DNA of 56,391 bases, from assembly GCA_964360445.1 (NCBI GenBank), contig CAYHWE010000002.1:1-56391 (forward strand), in the 5' to 3' direction. Source of the stretch: an uncultured Gammaproteobacteria bacterium (GTDB lineage: Bacteria > Patescibacteriota > Patescibacteriia > Patescibacteriales > JAKAJF01). Below, in pieces: positions 42,603 through 50,517 of the stretch; positions within the stretch are counted from its first letter, which is position 1; each line of letters begins with the position of its first letter. The notes below the pieces were generated by a model. It had not been told where the DNA came from, did no database searches, and was given only the letters and a program-made list of their open reading frames with translations. The translations under genes and the position numbers were made by a program.

Positions 42603-44693
42603 ATGTCTGACAACATCATTAAAAAACTGTTACAGCCGAGCGCAAAAGGCAAGGTTTGGAGGGCTTTTATCTTGATCATCTTACTTACTTTCATTGCCGG
42701 TTCGATTGTCGGCGGTTCTTATTACAACAAGGGCGTTGACAGTCTGGCGGTAAAGACTGACAACAAAATCAGATTGCCGCATATTAAGGAATATGATTTC
42801 AGATTAGGTTTAGATCTTTTGGGCGGAAGCAGATTGGTATACAAAGCTGATGTGTCTGCCGTGCCTAATAGCGACAGGACAAACGCTTTAGAGGGTGTGC
42901 GCGATGTGATCGAGCGCCGCGTCAATGTATTCGGCGTCAGCGAACCGATAGTCCAGACAAATAGATCGGGAGACGATTACAGGATCATTGTTGAATTAGC
43001 CGGGATCAAAGATGTTAATGAAGCGATCAAGATGATCGGTGAAACTCCGCTTTTGGAATTCAAAGAACAGAATACGGAAAAAAGAGAATTGACTCCTGAA
43101 GAAAAGAAGGAAATGGATGATTATAATAAAAAGGCTGAAGAGAGAGCGGCTACCGTTTTGGGCAAAGTCATATCAGGCGGAGATTTTTCCGCTTTGGCCA
43201 AGGAATTTTCAGAAGATGCGGCAACCAAGGATAACGGCGGAGATTTAGGCTGGATAACGGAAAAAGATAATTCGGAAATCGTAAAGATCGCCCAAAAATT
43301 GAAAAAGGGAGAAGCATCCAAGGAACTGAGCAAAGTTTCAACTGGATTTGAAATCGTAAAATTTGAAGATAAGAGGGTTAAAACGGATCCATTTAATGAT
43401 AAGAGCCAAGAAAAAGAAGTCAAAGCTTCGCATCTCCTGATTTGCTATAAAGATATCGAGGGATGCGAAAGCGGTCTGACAAAAGAAGAAGCTTACGCGA
43501 AGATAAAGAAATTGAAAGAGCAGGCAACGGCTAAAAATTTCAAAGAATTGGTCAAGGCGAATACGACTGAGCCGGGCGGAAAAGAAAGAAGCGGCGATCT
43601 GGGCTGGTTCGGAAAAGGCATGATGGTCAAACCGTTCGAAGATACCGCGTTTTCCATGCAGAAAGGAACAATTTCTTATGTCGTTGAAACGCAATTCGGT
43701 TACCATCTGATTTATAAGGAAGATGAGAAGTTGATCGAAGAATACAAAGTCAGGCATATCGCGGTCAAGACGAAAACCGCGGAAGATATCATCGGGATCC
43801 AGACAGACTGGAAGAATACTGAGCTGACCGGAAAGAATTTAAAGAAAGCGACTGTGCAATTCAATCCTCAGGATAACACTCCGGAAGTTTCTTTGGAGTT
43901 TGACGATGAAGGAGCGAAGATGTTCGAGGAAGTTACAGCCCGCAATATCGGCAATCCTGTCGCCATTTTCTTGGATAATTATCCGATCAGCACTCCGAAT
44001 GTGAATGAAAAGATTACCGGCGGAAAAGCGGTTATCTCGGGAAACTTTGACTTGAAGGAAGCAAAATTGTTGGCTCAAAGGCTGAACGCCGGCGCCCTGC
44101 CCGTCCCTATCTCTTTGGTCAACCAGCAGATAGTGGGAGCGACATTGGGACATGATTCTCTGCTCGCAAGCCTTAAGGCTGGCATCGTCGGTTTTATCCT
44201 GGTCGCCTTGTTCATGATCTTATTCTACAGATTGCCTGGGTTGATAGCTGTGTTCTCACTGGGAATTTATGGAGTTTTAGTGTTGGCGGTATTCAAGATT
44301 TTCTCAGTAACCTTGACTTTAGCCGGACTTGCCGGATTCATCCTGACCATCGGTATGGCCGTGGACGCAAATATTCTTATTTTTGCCAGGCTTAAAGAAG
44401 AGTTGCGCAAAGGCAAGCCGTTTGGCATGGCCCTAGAAGACGGCTTCCAGAGAGCTTGGCCATCGATCAGGGACAGTAATTCTTTCACGATCATCACCTC
44501 TATTATCCTGATCATGTTTACGACCAGCGTTGTCAAGGGATTTGCCGTTACCCTCATCATCGGCGTCATCATCTCGATGTTCTCGGCAATCGTCATTACG
44601 CGCAATTTCCTGAATTTGATTCCGATGGATTGGTTGGAAAGCAAAGGCTGGCTGATCGGCATGAGAAAAAAATCTTCAGAATTAGCTAAGTAA
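42603..44693 (+). CDS. secD: Protein translocase subunit SecD carrying an insertion of two parvulin-type PPIase domains in the periplasmic P1 head
   Basis: SecD core: LGLDLLGGSRLVY, RRVNVFGVSEPIVQ, ELAGIKDV, ...GNPVAIFLDNYPISTPNV..I.GG.AVISG, and the C-terminal TM bundle with GMAVDANILIFARLKEE. Inserted residues ~157-400 contain GGDFSALAKEFSEDAATKDNGGDLGW and ASHLLI...SGDLGWFGKGMMVKPFEDTAFSMQKGTISYVVETQFGYHLIY. Confidence 0.85.
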   Translation: MSDNIIKKLLQPSAKGKVWRAFILIILLTFIAGSIVGGSYYNKGVDSLAVKTDNKIRLPHIKEYDFRLGLDLLGGSRLVYKADVSAVPNSDRTNALEGVRDVIERRVNVFGVSEPIVQTNRSGDDYRIIVELAGIKDVNEAIKMIGETPLLEFKEQNTEKRELTPEEKKEMDDYNKKAEERAATVLGKVISGGDFSALAKEFSEDAATKDNGGDLGWITEKDNSEIVKIAQKLKKGEASKELSKVSTGFEIVKFEDKRVKTDPFNDKSQEKEVKASHLLICYKDIEGCESGLTKEEAYAKIKKLKEQATAKNFKELVKANTTEPGGKERSGDLGWFGKGMMVKPFEDTAFSMQKGTISYVVETQFGYHLIYKEDEKLIEEYKVRHIAVKTKTAEDIIGIQTDWKNTELTGKNLKKATVQFNPQDNTPEVSLEFDDEGAKMFEEVTARNIGNPVAIFLDNYPISTPNVNEKITGGKAVISGNFDLKEAKLLAQRLNAGALPVPISLVNQQIVGATLGHDSLLASLKAGIVGFILVALFMILFYRLPGLIAVFSLGIYGVLVLAVFKIFSVTLTLAGLAGFILTIGMAVDANILIFARLKEELRKGKPFGMALEDGFQRAWPSIRDSNSFTIITSIILIMFTTSVVKGFAVTLIIGVIISMFSAIVITRNFLNLIPMDWLESKGWLIGMRKKSSELAK

Positions 44694-44703
44694 ATTTACA
44701 TCT

Positions 44704-45594
44704 ATGAATTATAAAATTATACAAAAGAAAGGTATTTGGCTCGCTATTTCAATCGTATTATTTATTGCGGCAGTAGCGGCTTTGGCGATGTGGGGATTGA
44801 AATTAGGCATCGATTATACTGGCGGAAGCATGCTTGAGGCCAGGTTTGAACAAAGACCGGATATGGCGACCATAGATAACAAGCTGGGAGATTTGAATTT
44901 GGGAAGCTTGGTGGCGCAGCCGGCAGGAGATAATGAGCTCACCTTGAGATTCCAGGATTCAACAGAAGAAAAACACCAGGCGGTCACATCAAGATTGAAA
45001 GAATTGGATAAGAATGTGGAAGAGATAAGCTTTGAATTCGTCGGTCCGTCGATCGGAGCCGAATTGAAGAAAAAGTCTATCAACGCTATTTTCTGGGTTT
45101 TATTGGCCGTAGTCATTTATATCAGCATCGCTTTCAAGAAAGTTTCCCGTCCGGTAGCGTCCTGGAAATACGGCGTTTCCGCTTTAGTGGCCATGTTTCA
45201 TGATGTCGTCATCACTTTAGGCGTGTTCGCCGTTTTGGGAAAATTTTACGGCACTGAAATCAATACATCATTCGTTGCGGCGATCCTGACAGTATTGGGT
45301 TATTCGATCCATGATACGATCGTGGTATTCGACCGCACAAGAGAAAATCTGCCGAAGAGCAATGAAGATTTTGAGGGAACAGTCAATGCCAGCGTCAATC
45401 AGACTTTAGGACGTTCTATTAACACTTCTTTGACTTCGCTTCTAGCGCTTCTGGCCGTGGTGTTATTCGGCGGAGAATCAATAAGACCTTTTGCCTTGGC
45501 TCTGACTATCGGTATCTTCATCGGCACATATTCATCAATTTTCGTAGCGTCTCCTTTGCTTGTCGTGTGGGAAAAATTAGGCAGAAAAGTTTAA
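44704..45594 (+). CDS. secF: Protein translocase subunit SecF
   Basis: GIDYTGGSMLE, VGPSIG.EL, HDVVITLGVFA, and YSIHDTIVVFDRTRE. Confidence 0.9.
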   Translation: MNYKIIQKKGIWLAISIVLFIAAVAALAMWGLKLGIDYTGGSMLEARFEQRPDMATIDNKLGDLNLGSLVAQPAGDNELTLRFQDSTEEKHQAVTSRLKELDKNVEEISFEFVGPSIGAELKKKSINAIFWVLLAVVIYISIAFKKVSRPVASWKYGVSALVAMFHDVVITLGVFAVLGKFYGTEINTSFVAAILTVLGYSIHDTIVVFDRTRENLPKSNEDFEGTVNASVNQTLGRSINTSLTSLLALLAVVLFGGESIRPFALALTIGIFIGTYSSIFVASPLLVVWEKLGRKV

Positions 45595-45614
45595 CGGATT
45601 TGTTTAGTTTTTCT

Positions 45615-45651
45615 AAAAAAAGAGGCGGGCCATTATGGCTCCGCCTTTTTG
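45615..45651. terminator. Bidirectional terminator between secF and the convergent small gene
   Basis: aaaaaaagAGGCGGgccattatggctCCGCCTttttg. Confidence 0.5.
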
Positions 45652-45986
45652 CTTTCCTCGGGATGGAACATTAAGATTGTTTCCCCCATCCCTTTGCACA
45701 TATTGCTGAACGACTTTATTTCTTCCTTTCCGTCATTCAGGCTGTTGCAGATGATCATCATCAGGTCCATCAGTGAAGAATACTGTGGGTGCTGCGTGTA
45801 TTTTCCCAGGAAGACCGAAGCAGCTTTTTCAAAGAGATAGCGCGGAGATGCTACTTTATCGTAGTTAGCTTCTCCAGCCAAGAGAAGCAGGCCACCGGCT
45901 GCTTTTTCGGCTGTTGTTCCCTCAAGTTTCTTTAATATTTCTTTTATTTGCAGCTCTGTTCCACTCAGTCTGTTATTGTGCATCAT
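45633..45986 (-). CDS. Hypothetical helical protein (117 aa)
   Basis: It is the only long ORF in this gap, with SD ggaggt upstream of ATG 45986. I recognise no family. Confidence 0.4.
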   Translation of the reverse strand: MMHNNRLSGTELQIKEILKKLEGTTAEKAAGGLLLLAGEANYDKVASPRYLFEKAASVFLGKYTQHPQYSSLMDLMMIICNSLNDGKEEIKSFSNMCKGMGETILMFHPEESKKAEP

Positions 45987-46107
45987 CGTACCTCCGTATT
46001 CATTATTTTTTGAACTGACATTTTAATATACCAAATAATCCCGTTTATGTCAAACCGTAAATATGATTTATGTCATATATTAGCCTAAAATATAAAAAAT
46101 ATTTCTT

Positions 46108-46136
46108 TTGACAGTTGATTTTATATAGGGTAAAAT
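46108..46136 (+). promoter_or_regulatory. Near-consensus sigma70 promoter of proS (leaderless geometry)
   Basis: TTGACA (46108-46113), a 17-nt spacer, then TAAAAT (46131-46136). ATG 46145 is 8 nt downstream. Confidence 0.5.
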
Positions 46137-46144
46137 CTATTTAT

Positions 46145-47386
46145 ATGCGACAATCAAAACTTTTTACTAAAACAATAAAAGAATTGCCAAAAGATGAGGT
46201 GAGTTATAACGCTCAAGCCTTGATCAGGGCCGGATTCATAGACAAGCTGATGGCAGGGGTCTATACGATCATGCCGTTGGGATTACGGGTAATCAATAAA
46301 ATTGAAAATATCGTAAGGGAGGAAATCAATGCTATCGACGGCCAGGAAATTTTCATGCCGTCACTCCAGCCAAAAGAAAATTGGACTAAGACCGGAAGAT
46401 GGGAGCATATGGATGATTTATATAAAGTTAAGGATGCGAGTGAAAGAGAGTTTGCGCTCGGTCCAACCCATGAAGAAATTGTCGTGCCTTTGGTTAAAAA
46501 GTTTGCCCAATCTTATAAAGACTTTCCGTTCGCGGCTTACCAGTTCCAGAATAAATTTCGCATGGAATTGCGCGCCAAGTCTGGCATTTTGCGCGGACGC
46601 GAATTTATAATGAAAGATCTTTATTCTTTTCACCTAGCAGAGGAAAATTTGGACGCTTATTATGAAAAAGCGAAACAGGCTTATTTCAGGATATTTGAAA
46701 GGGCAGGGCTCAAGAAAAAAACTTTTTTGACTTTCGCTTCTGGAGGCTCTTTTTCTAAATATTCACATGAATTCCAGACCGTAACTTTAGCCGGTGAGGA
46801 TATTATTTATATCTGCGATAAATGCGATTTGGCCGTTAATAAGGAGATAAAAGATGAAACCGAAAAATGCCCCGGCTGCGGCGGCGCTGATTTCCGTGAA
46901 GAAAAATCGATCGAGGTCGGCAATATTTTCAAATTGATGAATAAGTTCACCAAACCTTTTGATTTCAGCGTGAATGATGAAAAGGGAGAAAAGAGGGAAG
47001 TGATCATGGGTTGCTATGGCATCGGATTGGGAAGATTGATGGGTACGGTTGTAGAAGTGCATCATGATGACAAGGGCATGGTTTGGCCGGAAGAGATCGC
47101 GCCATTCCGCGTGCATTTAGTCGAGGTGAAGAGCAAGGATGAAAAGGTGAAAAAAGAAGCAGAAGCGATTTATGACCAGTTAATAGAAAATGGCATCGAA
47201 GTGCTTTATGACGACCGTGAAATCGGCGCGGGTCAGAAATTTGCAGATGCTGATCTTATTGGTTGCCCGTTCAGGGTTGTGGTGAGTGAAAAAACGTTAG
47301 CGGAAAATAGCGTTGAAATAAAAAAGAGAAATGAGGATAAAGCGGAATTGGTAAAAGTAAAAGATGTAATTAAAAACCTGAAGTAA
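46145..47386 (+). CDS. proS: Prolyl-tRNA synthetase, bacterial-type core lacking the INS editing domain
   Basis: MRQSKLFTKTIKE.P.D....S..ALIRAGFI, motif 2 FRMELRAKSGILRGREFIMKD, motif 3 GCYGIGLGRL, and a C-terminal anticodon-binding domain. At 414 aa it is well short of the ~570 aa usual for the bacterial type. I chose ATG 46145 over TTG 46115. Confidence 0.85.
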   Translation: MRQSKLFTKTIKELPKDEVSYNAQALIRAGFIDKLMAGVYTIMPLGLRVINKIENIVREEINAIDGQEIFMPSLQPKENWTKTGRWEHMDDLYKVKDASEREFALGPTHEEIVVPLVKKFAQSYKDFPFAAYQFQNKFRMELRAKSGILRGREFIMKDLYSFHLAEENLDAYYEKAKQAYFRIFERAGLKKKTFLTFASGGSFSKYSHEFQTVTLAGEDIIYICDKCDLAVNKEIKDETEKCPGCGGADFREEKSIEVGNIFKLMNKFTKPFDFSVNDEKGEKREVIMGCYGIGLGRLMGTVVEVHHDDKGMVWPEEIAPFRVHLVEVKSKDEKVKKEAEAIYDQLIENGIEVLYDDREIGAGQKFADADLIGCPFRVVVSEKTLAENSVEIKKRNEDKAELVKVKDVIKNLK

Positions 47387-47391
47387 GATTT

Positions 47392-47569
47392 ATTGTCATT
47401 GTGAGGAGCGAAGCTCCTATTGTCATTCCCGACTACGATCGGGAATCCAGGGGTAATCAGTAATAAGGTAATTTTTTACGAAGATTCTAGAAATAGATTC
47501 CTTGAAATTTGTATGAATATTCGCCTTCCCACTGACCAACCCTGGATCCCCGCTTTCGCGAGGATGACA
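47392..47569. mobile_element. MITE/REP-like palindromic intergenic element (about 178 bp), related at its left end to 39664..39834
   Basis: attgtcattgtgAGGAGCgaaGCTCCT, then the arm tgtcattcccgactacgatcgggaatccaggg, which matches the reverse complement of ccctggatccccgctttcgcgaggatgaca. The right arm reads WIPAFARMT in one frame. The first 21 nt are shared with the 39664 element. Confidence 0.5.
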
Positions 47570-47596
47570 GATTAAGTTGTCCGCGATAAAAATTAT

Positions 47597-47929
47597 ATGG
47601 CAACAATTGATGACTTTCAAAAATTAGACATAAGGGTCGGGCGGATTATTGAAATTGAAGATTTTCCGGAAGCCAGAAAGCCGTCCTATAAATTACAAAT
47701 TGATTTAGGACCAGAAATCGGCATTAAAAAATCATGCGCACAATTGCCAAAAAATTATTCCAAGGAGGATTTGAAGAATAAAGTGGTTTTGTGTGTTGTA
47801 AATTTTCCGCCGAGACAAATCGGCCCAGCCGTTTCAGAAGTTTTGACCTTAGGTGTGCCAGATGGAAGAGGGGAATGTTTTTTAATAACACCTGACCGTG
47901 AAGTGCCATTGGGAGGAAGATTGTATTAA
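47597..47929 (+). CDS. csaA: tRNA-binding domain protein (CsaA/Trbp111/EMAP-II-like OB fold)
   Basis: IDDFQKLDIRVGRIIEIEDFPEARKPSYKLQIDLG...VVNFPPRQIG..SE.L.LG. Confidence 0.75.
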   Translation: MATIDDFQKLDIRVGRIIEIEDFPEARKPSYKLQIDLGPEIGIKKSCAQLPKNYSKEDLKNKVVLCVVNFPPRQIGPAVSEVLTLGVPDGRGECFLITPDREVPLGGRLY

Positions 47930-47986
47930 TTTTTGATTTTTGAATTGTAATTTTGACTTTTGATTTTTGCATTTTGAATTAATTTA
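47930..47986. repeat. Low-complexity TTTGA-periodic AT-rich tract upstream of mreB
   Basis: ttaatttttgatttttgaattgtaattttgacttttgatttttgcattttgaatt. Confidence 0.6.
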
Positions 47987-49030
47987 ATGTTCAATAAATT
48001 TTTAGGAAAATTCAGCAAGGACTTAGGCATTGATTTGGGTACGACGAGCACCTTGGTTTATGTCCAAGATAAAGGCATTATCATAAATGAGCCTTCGGTT
48101 GTTGCCGTCAATATGCGCACCGATGAGATTTTGGCTGTCGGCGAGGAGGCTAAAAAGATGGTGGGAAAAACTCCCGGACATATCCACGCTGTCAGACCTT
48201 TGGTTGACGGGGTTATTTCCGATTTTGAAGTAACGGAAAAAATGCTTAAATATTTCATCGATAAAGTCCATAATGAAAGTTTTACTTTGATCCCGAGGCC
48301 GCGTGTTGTCATCGGCATCCCTTTGGATATCACTGAAGTGGAAAAAAAGGCGGTAGAAGATGCGGCCAAATCAGCCGGCGCCCGCCAGATATATCTGATC
48401 GAGGAATCGATGGCGGCGGCAATCGGCGCGAGGCTGCCGGTAACCGAAGCGACTGCTAACATGGTTGTTGATATCGGCGGCGGTACGACTGAGATCGCGG
48501 TCATTTCTTTGGGCGGAACCGTAACCTGGAAAACATTGCGCATCGCCGGGAATGAATTGAATAACAATGTGATGCAATATGTCCGCGAAGAATTCAATAT
48601 GCTGATCGGCGAACAGCTTGCCGAAAGCGTTAAGATAAAGATCGGGTCAGCGTCTCCGCTGAAAGAACCGATGGAAATGCAGATCAGGGGAAGGGATCTT
48701 ATCAACGGCTTGCCGAAAGCTATCGTCATCAATGATAGCCAGGTAAGAGAAGCGATTTCAAAAACGATCAATATCATCATAGAGAATATTAAGATAACAT
48801 TGGAAACCACTCCGCCGGAATTGGTGGCGGATATTTATGAACACGGAATTGTCCTTACCGGGGGCGGGGCGCTTCTCCGCAATTTAGACAAAGAAATCGC
48901 CCAGGCCACGAAAATCCCGGTCAGGGTCGCGGACGATCCTCTGACCTGCGTCGTGCGCGGAACCGGAATTCTACTTTCCGACCATGAATTGCTGCATAAG
49001 GTCTTATCTCCCGGAACAGAGGAGTTATAG
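47987..49030 (+). CDS. mreB: Rod-shape-determining actin homologue MreB
   Basis: [37 protein letters not shown], and LTGGGALLRNLD. Confidence 0.95.
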   Translation: MFNKFLGKFSKDLGIDLGTTSTLVYVQDKGIIINEPSVVAVNMRTDEILAVGEEAKKMVGKTPGHIHAVRPLVDGVISDFEVTEKMLKYFIDKVHNESFTLIPRPRVVIGIPLDITEVEKKAVEDAAKSAGARQIYLIEESMAAAIGARLPVTEATANMVVDIGGGTTEIAVISLGGTVTWKTLRIAGNELNNNVMQYVREEFNMLIGEQLAESVKIKIGSASPLKEPMEMQIRGRDLINGLPKAIVINDSQVREAISKTINIIIENIKITLETTPPELVADIYEHGIVLTGGGALLRNLDKEIAQATKIPVRVADDPLTCVVRGTGILLSDHELLHKVLSPGTEEL

Positions 49031-49158
49031 AGATTAATGATTAGGAAAAATCAATCCGAATACAATCGTCCATTAACTCATTACTGATCACTAGCGACAG
49101 CTTGTATCGTATCCATTTGTTATCAGTTTGTATTTATCGTGATCATGATATTAAAGAT

Positions 49159-49968
49159 ATGCCGAAAGTAAATCATATAAAATTATTATTTTTCGTGGCA
49201 GCGGTAGTGCTGCTTATTTTTTTGCATTATCTGAAAGTTTTGGCTCCGGTTGAGAATTTTTTCGTAAGAATGACCAGTCCGATCTTTTCCGGATTCTATC
49301 TGGCCAGCTCATATCTGCGCAATGCCTATGACGAGCAGGCCGGCAGGACTAATCTGGCCGATGAGAATAAAAGATTGGAAGAGCAGGTCAACGGCCTGAC
49401 GGATGAGAATGTGAAACTGAAAATACTGGAAGAGGAAAATAAGATATTGCGCGACCAGCTGGGATTTTTTTCCGGCTATGAAAAAAAATATCTGATAAGC
49501 GATGTCGTGTCGAGAAGCGGATTCGATTCCTCAAGGCCGAATCAGACCCTTATTATCGGCAAGGGCGAGCGGGACGGATTAAGGCCGGGACTGGCGGTAT
49601 TGGGCGGCCGGGGGATCGTAATCGGAAAAATAGTTTCAACCAAGGATCATCTGTCGGAAATATGCCTGACCGTCAATCCGGAATGCAAGCTGGCGGCTGC
49701 CATCCAGAATGAAGATAAGACGAGCGGAATCGCCCAGGGGGATCTCGGGCTGACGATCAAGATGAGCTTTATCCCGCAGACAAAAAAGATAGAAGAAGGG
49801 GATACGGTCATAACTTCCGGCCTGGAGCAGGATATCCCCAAGGGGCTGGTAATCGGCTCGGTATCACAGGTTCACAAAGAAAATAATGAATTATGGCAGA
49901 ATGCGATCATTGAGCCATTGATTGATTTCAATGACATGACGATCGTGTCTGTCCTGCTTCCAAACTGA
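49159..49968 (+). CDS. mreC: Rod-shape-determining protein MreC
   Basis: An N-terminal TM helix, the coiled coil NKRLEEQVNGLTDENVKLKILEEENKILRDQL, and beta domains containing GLRPGLAV....G.VIGKI and GDTVITSGL....PKGL.IG. Confidence 0.8.
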   Translation: MPKVNHIKLLFFVAAVVLLIFLHYLKVLAPVENFFVRMTSPIFSGFYLASSYLRNAYDEQAGRTNLADENKRLEEQVNGLTDENVKLKILEEENKILRDQLGFFSGYEKKYLISDVVSRSGFDSSRPNQTLIIGKGERDGLRPGLAVLGGRGIVIGKIVSTKDHLSEICLTVNPECKLAAAIQNEDKTSGIAQGDLGLTIKMSFIPQTKKIEEGDTVITSGLEQDIPKGLVIGSVSQVHKENNELWQNAIIEPLIDFNDMTIVSVLLPN

Positions 49969-50513
49969 TGTACGGCAAAATAATCTTAAATATTTTTTTC
50001 TCCATTTTTTTGGTAGCTATGCAGCTCTCTTTCGTCAGCGGCCTGCCGTCTGTTTTTAGTAATGTGAATCTCGTCCTTGTTTCGTTGATTTTCATACTGG
50101 CCGTGGGAGATCTTAAATTTTCCATCTGGTGGGTCGCCGGCACCGGACTTTTGATGGATGTTTTTTCCTTTCTGCCGTTCGGCACTTATTTATTGAGTCT
50201 GGCCGCGATCGCGTTATTGATCGATTTGTTCCTGAAAAGGCTTTTCACTAACCGCTCTCTTTATACTTTTTTAGCCTTAACCGCTATTGCTACAGTCAGT
50301 TGCAGCCTGTTCGTAAAATCGGCGAGCTATCTTATGCATTTTTTCAGCAGAGACGGATACCTCCTGATCCTGAGCAGGAAATTTTTTATGAATGAGCTGG
50401 ATCAGCTTGTTTTGAATCTGATATTGGTGGCTGTAATATTTTATTTTTTCAATATTTTAAGCATAAAATTAAAGCCGGTGTTTTTGATGAAAGGGGGACG
50501 GCTCCATAAATAA
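49968..50513 (+). CDS. mreD: Rod-shape-determining protein MreD
   Basis: 181-aa polytopic protein, coupled by a TGATG overlap to mreC and lying between mreC and mrdA. Confidence 0.6.
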   Translation: MYGKIILNIFFSIFLVAMQLSFVSGLPSVFSNVNLVLVSLIFILAVGDLKFSIWWVAGTGLLMDVFSFLPFGTYLLSLAAIALLIDLFLKRLFTNRSLYTFLALTAIATVSCSLFVKSASYLMHFFSRDGYLLILSRKFFMNELDQLVLNLILVAVIFYFFNILSIKLKPVFLMKGGRLHK

Positions 50514-50517
50514 TCAA

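Noticed and set aside
47423-47620. 65-aa minus-strand ORF between proS and the tRNA-binding gene.
   Set aside because: It is composed of the palindromic repeat arms (...HPRESGDPG..., ...IPDRSRE), which is the classic repeat-derived pseudo-ORF.
48058-48810. 250-aa ORF antisense to mreB, plus similar long antisense ORFs at 52141-52869, 8659-9168, 6873-7382, 32791-33228, 30151-30600, 27763-28206, 399-794 and 43338-43757.
   Set aside because: Each lies entirely opposite a gene with strong family signatures. Their translations are low-complexity (Ser/Leu/Ile/Pro-rich) with no recognisable motifs. They are typical shadow ORFs.
49031-49158. Possible structured RNA or direct repeats (TTGTAT..ATCGT, twice; TGATCAC...GTGATCA) between mreB and mreC.
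   Set aside because: The matches are short and weak, at a level expected by chance in a 128-nt spacer. It more likely just contains the mreC ribosome-binding region.
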